A stretch of DNA of 59,695 nucleotides, counting the filler, from Sphacelaria rigidula (lineage: Eukaryota): NCBI GenBank assembly GCA_964200075.2. It is 5 parts of 5 records of this genome, joined end to end, with 100 filler letters (N's around TTAATTAATTAA, not from the genome) between each part and the next. Parts side by side here need not be neighbours in the genome. Positions count along the whole stretch, not along the records: positions 47,839 to 59,695 come from CAXNAA020004414.1; 4 more parts are not named here. One strand, given 5' to 3'. Each line of letters starts with the position of its first letter. Within the stretch, counting starts at the first letter, position 1. Shown in pieces: positions 50,356 to 59,695 of this stretch. Position numbers and translations under genes: made by a program. Under the pieces are notes generated by a model. That model saw nothing but the letters and a program-made list of their open reading frames with translations, was not told the DNA's origin and did not search any database.

Positions 50356-53300
50356 TTCGCCCACTACGTGATCTTCTTCATCGCCATCTTCACGGTGCTG
50401 CAGCTCGTTATGCTGGGCGCGTCGACGTACCCCATCAAGTACCGCTGGGATTCTGCGGCCTACAGGAGCGAGGAAGAGGTACGCTGCGACACGCTTCACT
50501 TCAGTACGTGCATGGCACAGCAAATAGTACAGTATGATAGCAGGGAGAAAAACTTAGAAAAAAGGTGGATGTGGAACCTTGACCTCACTGGTGTTGCTAA
50601 TGTTGAACGGTGTGGAACCGCGAAGTGGGGCGTAGTTTTCTTCCTTGATACTTGAGCAAGGGTGGGGTGTGACCTGGGTGGCAGACTGTTGAGTCGACCT
50701 GCACCGGGTACAAAATAGTTGTGTTGTGCCTCTCCAGGGGTCGACGGTGGCTCTTGCTCTGTCGAATCGTTTCTACCGTCGAGATCCTATTGTCCAGCGT
50801 CCCGTAACGTCGGCTGCACAGATGCGAGAAATTCAGGCCTCTCGGGATAGTCCGCGGTTAGACCTGCTCCTCTAACGGTGTCGTGTCAGCTTCATACGTG
50901 GAAAAAAGTAATCGCACCGCACATACACTGTAGTGGCCTCCACATGGGGATATATCTACGTCAACTTACGGGCGATGTGTGTATACTCTGGAACAATTCA
51001 GATATAATCGTCGCGCAGGCGAGGGACGCAGTGTGTACGAAACAGTACGGTGCAGCAGGAAAAGGTCTTACATTACATCGTTTTTGGTACTACTGTACGA
51101 ACTGTTGACCAGCAGACCTTGCCGGACAAGGGCCCGACCTTTATCTCTCTCAGGATCGTTCGCAGTACCGTTGCAACTCTGCTGTGACTCTGCTGTGACG
51201 CTGCTGTGATAGCGCTTTGATACCACCACCGCGCTCCGGTGGTCTCCTTAGTGCAGCTGAAACCAATTACGTCGGGAGCGGTTGCGGGTTGCGGGTTGCG
51301 GGTTGCGGGTTGCGGGTTGCGGGTTGCGGGAAGATAACCTTGTGTTTTTCGTCTGAAAAGAAGTGCAGTGTCAGGTATCCTCCGTTCAAAACGTGGGGAT
51401 GTGAGTACTATTATTTATTTATTTTCCTGTGAAAAAAATCCTTCGGTTTGATTCCTCGACACCAATGACTCGGCCCTAGGAAGGGGAGAGGCTGGAAGTG
51501 TGACTTGGGAGTTGTTTGTTAGTACTCGACCTTTTTTCATTGTAGATATGAATCGTTTGCCCAGCGTCCTCATCTCTGTGTTGCGTATTTAGTCCAGTAC
51601 TAGCGCACATGCACAATGTATCGGGAACGGCCATACCGCGTCGGTAGCGCGACATCCCGTCCGCTCTGTGAAGTTAAGTAGACTTGGGCTACGCTAGCAC
51701 TACGGTGGGGGAACACGTGGGAAGCCTTGGTGCTGTTTCCATTCATGTTTCGTTCGAAGCTGATGTCCCGTTTGTGTTTCAAGCACTCAGCCCCTTACGT
51801 GGCTACCACCCTGCCCCGGCGCTAGTAACCGTGTGTGGGCATATGTAGACAGTATATTATTTTATATTTATTTGCTTGGGACTGAAACAATCTCATGGGT
51901 GCATCACTCACCGACCGAGGTAGAACGGCGAAAGAGTAGCGTCAATGGATGGACCTATCGAGAACGCGAAGGCGTCCGCACATGTGACGCAACTGCTATA
52001 CAATGTGTCTATACTACACACGGTTAACCCTTTGGCCGCGAGGGTAGGTAATCTCTTGAGTCGGCATCAATTTCACTTGAAATATGTATGCATGATCCAG
52101 ATCGACTACCCTCGCGGTCTGAGGGTTAATTGAGAGCACGCTAGTAGTCAGTCAAGTACGTTTTTCGGGTTTGAGTCATTCGATTCTAGTACAGGAAGAG
52201 TAGTAGTGATCGCCAACGACCTCGTCAGAGGCCTTCTCAGCGGCAGGTGAATCTACACAGAAAAACACATGAGCCAACATAAATGCACATATTTTTTGCT
52301 CAAGAACAAGGATGTTGGTTGACAGAGTCTGAACCCCTTGACAGACTGTCAAGCACCAATTGCCTGTCTTGACAGCCTTGACAGGGTAACGCCTGACCAT
52401 ATAGCTGAAACCCGAAACGCCATTTTTTTTGGTTCTAGAGGTCATGCTCTGCAATAGAAATAGCTGGTAAGGGTTTTTATGCTACGGAATTATGCCGCTT
52501 TAACGGAGGGTTATGCTAGCTCAGCCCTGATTATTCTGGCATTATCCTCGTATGCTAATTCGGGCGAAAAAGACGAATTATGCTAGAAAATATGCCGGCA
52601 CCAAGAACTCAGGTCTAGTTCTGTCAAAGGAAAAATAAGGGTTCCACAGAGATGGATAGGCGTTATTTACCCCGGGGACACGGGATGTTTTGTCTTGGCG
52701 ACGCCAAACGCCTTGACAGACAGACTCGACAGCTTGATAGCTTGACGTCAACCGATATCCTTGCTCAAGGATGCAACACGCTTACCAACGAAGGATACGG
52801 CTGCTGTGAAAAGCACGCAAGAGGAGCTGACACAGGAATGCCTTCGTCTAGTTCACCCCCTACCCCGAGCAGCCGGTGGTGATAGCTTACGAAGTAGGTG
52901 GCGTAACGACCATCCATACTTATGTAACGGTGGCCAGTAACTGACTATACTTGGCGCGCGCGAGAACTTCGTTTCTGCTGTACCCTGTGTTTTCAAAGAA
53001 GCCAAACAAGCGCGGATCCGTAGGTGACCATACAACATGCGTGTCGATGAAAAGCGTACTCTGCCTCTTTTCCCACCCAGGCCATTGAGGCCTATTTTGG
53101 CCAGCAGGTGACGGTAGCGATAGCCCCTGTGGCAACAGACCACACGGTACGGTGCTCGTCGTGAAGTATAATATTGTATCGAGTACGTGATAGTCGCAAC
53201 ACATGTCGACGAGCCAGATGTCTGACTACTTTGCCGTCTGTTTTCTGTCATTCGATGTATGATGCATATATTGGTATGTATATATACATTGTACATGACA

Positions 53301-56300
53301 GTGGGTAAGTGTTCATGTTGTCCTCCCCTTCCTCCCAGGTACTGAAAGGCTACACCGAGGCGATAGCAGCAAACCGATGGCACGCTCGAGTACCGTTGCT
53401 TGGGCGGGTGTCGCTCGACTTATTCCATCTGGGAGAGGAGTGGCGCTGGGTGGACTGCGTACAGTTCCACCTGGCGCGTTCGATTTTCATCAGGCAGTTC
53501 GGGTAAATATGTCGAGCGCGGATGAGGGAGGAGTTGCTGGCGTGGTGGGAGGGGGGGGTGGGGGGTGGGGGTATACTCGTAGTATTGCATGTCATAGTCA
53601 TTAGACCGTTGACCTCGTATCCCTACAGGCCGGGGCGGAGTACGCTGGGTTTTCGCCGGACCAGGGGGAGCGGGGGGGGCGGGATGCGATTACGCTTATG
53701 TGTGATTTCGATTTTGATTTGGTTATTATTCGATTGATGGTTACACATATTTATTGGTTCACTTCCAATCCAGCCGTGGTCGCAAGGCAGACAGAAGAAT
53801 ATAGGTGCTTTGGGAGGGGGAGGGGCGTACTCATTTGTTGCTCGCTTCGATCATTTGACCCGTTGACCGCGCATCCCTTTCGAAAGAACAGTGCACCGTT
53901 CCTACTCCTAATAGAGACACCTCTCAATATTTTGGCGCTCATTACGTTTTCTTCCACACATTACACAAGATTGTTTTACAGATCACTTCCCCTTCTTGCC
54001 TCGCCGTCTGTGACAACGCCATCTATCTCCTAGTAAAGCAATCGTCTTCTCGCTACCATCTAAGCTAGTAATCGATTTCTTGCCACCTTCGTCTACTTCC
54101 CACATTTCCCCCTCTTGCGACGCCCCATTACTCGTTGTATAGTTAACGTGCTCCCACTGTATAGGTATACTCTACACAGGGGGGACGGGGGGGGGGGACT
54201 TTTATGAAATGTGTTGGCACTCCGATAGTTCCTGTGATGGAGATNNNNNNNNNNAGCTCACCACTCATTAGGTCGAAATGTACTCGGTCTGAATTGGCAC
54301 GTATTGTAACGTCGTTTCGTTGTCGGGGGGGGGGGGACTTTTATGAAATGTGTTGGCACTCCGATAGTTCCTGTGATGGAGATGTAGCTCAACCCCGAGC
54401 ATAATTATACGTATACGTATGTTTATGTATAGTACATCGAGGAAGTCGTGCTTGTGCTTGCGGTGTGATGAACACAGGTTGAGCAAAGAAAAGCCGTAAT
54501 AGAGAATTCCAGATGACGCTTTTTTGTCATTTCAGTGTGCAAATATCTCAAGATCAGAGCGTAACGAAAATTTATGTCCCCCTCCCTCAAGTGTGGGATC
54601 CCCTCAACTTTTTTTCGATGGTTTGGTTTGTGTTTTATCTGCTGTCTGATCCTGAGATATTTGCCCTCTGAGATAACAAAAACGCGTTTTTAGCGTTCTC
54701 CTAAACTCTCTGATGAATAAATATACGTATAATTGTACAGTGTGAAGCTCAGGAGAGCTCATCGCGCTCCCCTTTTTCCAAGATCGCCCCTCTTCCCCCA
54801 ATTTTTCTGTGTGTTCCCGCCGTCCTGCTGCATCCGTGGTAAAGTATCTGGGGAGAAAAAAACGCATTTCTTTGTTTTTTTGTTTTCTGCCTTTTTCATC
54901 TACCTTGGACCACCAAAATAAGAACAAGAAAAAAAACGAACGTTCACTGGGGTTGTACGAGCTAGGCCAGCCTGAAAATGGATTTAAGCTCTCAAAGCAA
55001 TGAATATCTCATCGACACGGATGAGTTGGGCCATGGTCCGCGTATCGTATCAAGCGGAAGGTGCCCATCTGCCAAAAAAATCTGGGTCAATATTTTCTCG
55101 TTGATTTAACCCCATGTCTAGTGATTCCTATACCGCACGGAGATGGCGTCCACACTAAAATAAGTATGAAACCCAGAACGATACATTCAGTGGATGAAGA
55201 TTTTTGGTGTGGACCTTCCCTGGAGCACGGGGAGACGATAAATACCCTCACCTTCACCTGATTCGCGATCTATCTGGAGATATGGCGCACATAATGTTCC
55301 GTACTAAAATCGATATATTACGAGCAGAGGTACTAGGTGCCCTAAATCTGGATATCACATCTCAGTTTCTGAGAGTTGTGCTATGAAATTTAGTACGGAG
55401 AACCGCTAGTGCATAAATAAATGAAGTATATATAAGACACAGTCGGAGAGTGAGTGTGACTTATCCTACCCGGACGATGGGTGTGTGTAGGTTGTAGCTT
55501 CTCACTCGGTGAAAGGGCACGGGGTGTGCGGAGCCGCGACGTGGACTTGAACAGGACGGACGTTGCAAATCGGTTTGGGTTGAGGTACAGAATGACGGAG
55601 TAGGGGATGTGCCCCCGAGGAAGCATCCCGACAGGGGAGAATGACGCTCCCACACTGGGGATTGGATGATGACAGTCCTAGGGGTGACAGACCCGGGAAG
55701 ACGGTCCGGGTTGACTAGCCCGGGGTTATTAGTAAGCGGGTCGGGTCATACAGAGGTCATAACAACATATAAGCTTTTAGCTTTTTTTTCTTTTTTCCGT
55801 GTTTTAGGGGAGTTCTGAGGAGTATTGAACATTGCTCTTTTAGGCCTTATCTCAATTTTTTGCTCAATTTTTAGAAATATGCTTTGAAACTTGGCATGGA
55901 AAACTACAGAAGCACGCTGAAAAAAAAAACATGGGCCTTCATATATACGTATATATATTGTGAGAGGTTCGGGTGTCCTCGTGGTAAAATAGTTACCATA
56001 CTTGAACGCCCTGAACCAGCGAAAAAATGAATCTGAACCAACCTGACCCATGTTCCTCGGTTCACCATGACCCAGCGAGGTTCCGCACAAAGTTGCAATA
56101 CACAAACACCAAACGTGGGCCGATAAACGACCTGCAAAATATTGTTCCGAATTTCCGCCGCCCCGGGTTTTTAAAGGCGAATTCGCAGTTTCTGTACTTA
56201 GAGTTGGACCCAGAAATTTAGTATAAACAATCAACAGGGTATAAAAAATATATACATGCTGGGTCCCAAAGTTTCTTTTTTATTAGTTAAGGGCAATAAG

Positions 56301-57252
56301 CAGGGTTCAGATTCTGGTAAAATGCCGTTTAATCACAAAAAAAACAATATTCAGGACCCGGCATAGTATACTGTAGTTTTTATGCCCTGTTGATTTTCCA
56401 TACCAATTTTCAGTGTCCAACTCCAAGTAAAAAATTGTGAATTCGCCTGCAAACTACAAATCCGTTTCCAGGCTGGCCCATCCCGTAGCGAAGAATAGTA
56501 GCGGATGAGACGTGCAATATCTTCGCGGCCCCATCAGGAATGCTTGTCGACCGAATTTTTCTTTCTTTCACTCTGTTTGTTTTCTTGTCTTCCTTTCTTC
56601 ATTTTTTTTGTCTCTTCTTATGCCGTTTTCACTTCCTTCCATTTTTGTATTCGTTTGTTCGTTTGTTTGTTTGTTACAGGCGACGCGCCGACTTTGACTT
56701 CGCGCGATACGCGTGCTTGGTGACAGACCGCCTGATCCTGAGCCTAGCCAACCCGCCCTTGAGAAGTTGGATGATGCTCATCGCTTTGCACTGGTTGTGC
56801 TATTTCGTCACCAATACGTTCGAGAGTCTCGAAGGGCGAGTTGTTGTTGTTGTTGTTATTGTTGTTGTTGTTGCTGCTGCTGCTGCTGCTACGGACAGTT
56901 GGTTTTCCATCAAGAAACAGGGGAGAATTGATTGGTTGATCAATTGACTGATAGATTGATTTTCGCACATCCACTCATCGTTTAAGAATTGAGGATGAGT
57001 AAATCATAATTGCAAAGTGCCCGCCTACGCCCCCCCCCCCCCCGGCTTTGGTTAAACGACAAAGGCAAGCAATAAATGAGTACGCTCCCCCCCACCCACC
57101 CTAGTGTCACTCTGTTACTGCAGTCAGCGTGGCGATTCACGTCCGGGAGCACAGAAGTAAATCGCGCGCGACACCCTGATGTACCCTGATGGATTGCTGG
57201 TTCCACCGATGCAAAAAGAACATTGGCCCTTGTATTTATGCATTTATGTATG

Positions 57253-57286
<34 letters not shown>

Positions 57287-58253
57287 TGTATGTATGTATG
57301 TATGTATGTATGTATGTATGTATGTATGTATGGAATTCTTCTATGCAAAGGTGAAGTGGAGAGAAGAATCGTGCGGTGCTAGCCGTGAGTTCATCATCGT
57401 CTTAATCCTGGTACGCGTGGTGATCACCCCTACTGCACATGTGCGGGTTAAATTGAATAGTAATTTCTATATATATATATACTTCGTATATACATACATA
57501 TCTCCTTCGTGCTGCAACTAGTGTCACCCTTTTGTAGGGTGAGTATGAATGAAAACACAAAAACACACACGCCAACAAGCTGTTTTTGTATGTTTGTTCT
57601 TCCGTAGGTTGTCCTACGTGTTCAAACAACACTTGTAAGATTTGGAAAACCGGACAAAACACAAACAATTCATGCCCGGAAGTTATAATAGGCCGCGGTT
57701 GCAGCACGGATATTGGCGCTTCACCTTTTTACTAGTATGCCTTTTGTATACCCCATGGTATATATGTATATATTTGCTAGAATTCCTTTATATACCTCGT
57801 ACGACTACTCGTATGTATTTATTGCTAGTATACTTTTTTTCTCTCAGGTATTCATTTGTGAGCATACCGTTTCTTCACCTCTCATGTTTATGCAACCTTT
57901 CCTTCTCTATACCTCATATATGTATACATTTTTTTTGTCAGAATGAAAAGCGAAGCAGCCAAGTTTTTTTATACGAATGTTCGAACTGTAAAATGAAGTG
58001 GTTCCTTGTACCGTACGCGTCTTGTTTGCTTGTTCGTGTTTGTGTTGTCGTTTTGTGCGTTTCGTGTCTGCAGCCAATTTCTCCAGTATTTGTCCTGGTT
58101 TATATTCGGGTTAATCCTCATGGGCCTCGAGATGGTCCTGCTATTCGCCTGCATGTTGGGCATGCGGCGCATCTGTGTCAAGCTTGGAGCGGACAAGCGC
58201 GACACACGTCGCACCCTGGACAAGGTATTGAAGATGATCTGGGTTGCACCCAG
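50356..58253 (+). CDS. MLO: MLO-family seven-transmembrane protein (internal exons)
   Basis: Exons 50356-50478 (FAHYVIFFIAIFTVLQLVMLG...KYRWD), 53339-53502 (...FHLARSIFIRQFG), 56680-56835 (RRADFDFARYACLVTDRLILSLANPPLRSW) and 58074-58253 (QFLQYLSWFIFGLILM...). Phases are compatible. H.IFF.A.F, F.R.F and FDF..Y followed by W match MLO hallmarks. Confidence 0.75.
51278..51330. repeat. (GCGGGTT)n heptamer array
   Basis: About 7 tandem copies. Confidence 0.9.
52024..52129. mobile_element. 98-bp piggyBac-like MITE with TTAA target duplication
   Basis: TTAA|CCCT...CCGCGAGGGTAG ... CTACCCTCGCGGTCTGAGGG|TTAA. Related ends at 24529, 27384-27440 and 47648-47735. Confidence 0.75.
53812..54177 (-). mobile_element. 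5'-truncated 3' end of family-B LINE with oligo(C) tail
   Basis: Aligns by eye with 45450-45700. Ends ...AAGGGATGCGCGGTCAACGGGTCAAATGATCGAAGCGAGCAACAAATGAGTACGCCCCTCCCCCTCCC and abuts a G run at 54179-54197. Shorter 3'-end copies at 24702-24752 (-) and 57049-57102 (+). Confidence 0.75.
54958..56485. mobile_element. CGAGCTGGGCCAGC-TIR element with nested insertions, in an MLO intron
   Basis: ta|CGAGCTAGGCCAGCCTGAAAATGGATTT ... AAATCCGTTTCCAGGCTGGCCCATCCCG|ta. The left ~95 bp match 35674-35770. Confidence 0.7.
56175..56449. mobile_element. MITE with ~75-95-bp inverted arms
   Basis: AGGCGAATTC.CA..TT..TACTT.GAGTTGGAC ... ATCAACAGGG.ATAAAAA is mirrored at 56355-56449. Confidence 0.7.
57246..57331. 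repeat. (TATG)n microsatellite
   Basis: Direct reading. Confidence 0.95.
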
Positions 58254-59623
58254 GTGAGTTAGTTGAGTACACGAAAGCGAGCGGTATGCTGATTGGTTGA
58301 TTCATGGATACATTGATGGATGCATGGATTGACTGGTGGGCGAATGGATGGGTAGATAAGTTGACTGATTGGTTGATTGATCGAGTGGATCGCTATTTTT
58401 TTGCTTTCAAGATTGTCTGAGGTGGACGTATAACCGATTTGCTGCGAATTCAGCCAGCCGTAATCATGAATTAGACGTACTCGGTTTTTTATTTTCTCGT
58501 TCTTCTTCCGACAATTATTATCAGTATTATTATTATTGTTACTATTCATATTATAACTATTCTATATTCGGATTTTTACATTTCATGTGATTATTTTGAT
58601 CAATGTGATTATGATGATTATAATGATCATTGTGAGTATCAAGATTATACTCCGGAGTATTGATTAGTACGATTATGACTATGATTATGACTATGATTAT
58701 GAGGATGATTATTTGTATTCTTCCCGCACATTAGCCTGATATCTCGAACCCATGGCCACTGACGCAGGCATGCCTTTCCAGTACCGTCCCTTCTACTGCT
58801 TTACATGAGATGGAGCAGTGATTGCTTCTTCTGAGACTCCGACATATAACACAAAAACAACAATGAGTCAGCAATGTCAAGAAACTTGAAGATGAAAGCC
58901 CTCCCCCCAACGTTAATCGGGGTGTGGTGAAACAAGCACATCAGATTTTCCAGTAAAGCAAATAAAGGAAAATGGAGAAGGACGAACAAAAGAATACCAA
59001 GCAAGAGTCAGAGAACACTGTAGAGTACTGTAAAGAAATGTACGTCAACACATGGCCGAACGGACAGTCGAGAAAGAAAGGACAGCAAACACGAGGGAAA
59101 AAGTTCCTTGTCTAGTCTTTTTTTTTTTCTTCAAGTTTTGGCACAACTTCAAACTTTCAACACTCTCTTTCCCCATCCTCGGGACGAGGCTGTGGTCTGT
59201 CTGTCTGGCGTGTCTCGAGGGATCAACCCATCCCTCTAAATCCTCCGGTACACGACTTGCTTTTCTTTTTGTATCGTGGATTCGATTCGATCAGCTCTCC
59301 GGCGACGCACCGCGTCGACTCATGTCCTCATGTTTCCAACGACGGAGATCGGAACAACGTCACCCGGAAAAAAAATACAGCTGCATGCTCCGGGAGACGA
59401 ACTGAGATTATTTCAAGGGCAGGTCGAGTAGAGTATACTCAATTGCGAGGTATTTCAAAAGTCGTACTTGAAGTACACAAACTGGGGGTGGGGTTGTAGG
59501 GATCGCTTTCCAGTTATCTTTCAGGTACGACTCCCAACACTCTACCCTAATTTGAGTACCTCACGTTCGTCTTTCAAAATACCCCGCCATTGAGTATGCT
59601 CTACTCGACCTGCCCTTGGATGA

Positions 59624-59660
<37 letters not shown>

Positions 59661-59695
59661 AAAACCACCCCGCCCGCGCCTCCCTCCCCCACTGC

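Noticed and set aside
55377-55752. Possible solo LTR (TG...CA)
   Set aside because: The flanks (AGAGT versus GAGGT) do not form a clean TSD and there is no second copy in the window, so the call is unsupported.

Overview
Eukaryotic nuclear DNA, most likely from a brown alga (Phaeophyceae; inferred from short GC-rich exons in long repeat-filled introns, abundant G/C homopolymer runs and the repeat types). The window is not contiguous. It is five unrelated scaffolds of 11861, 11860, 11859, 11858 and 11857 bp, i.e. sorted by size, joined by 100-nt N44-TTAATTAATTAA-N44 linkers. Spliced genes reconstructed by hand: (1) part of a Cys-rich, Pro/Thr-rich protein (minus strand); (2) the 3' part of mitochondrial ribosomal protein S16 with a long C-terminal extension (minus); (3) an apparently complete 4-exon TspO/MBR-like membrane protein (plus); (4) the 3' end of an M16B MPP/bc1-core-type protein (plus); (5) four internal exons of an MLO-family protein, with a probable GC-AG intron (plus). 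The rest is a mosaic of a decayed APE-RT LINE, tRNA-derived SINEs, several MITE families (TA-, TTAA- and 8-bp-TSD types) and micro/minisatellites. The most striking pattern is a pair of retroposon families that share a 3' terminus. They end in oligo(C) rather than poly(A), are variably 5'-truncated, and sit within or next to C/G runs, including each other's tails. Copies occur in all five scaffolds.
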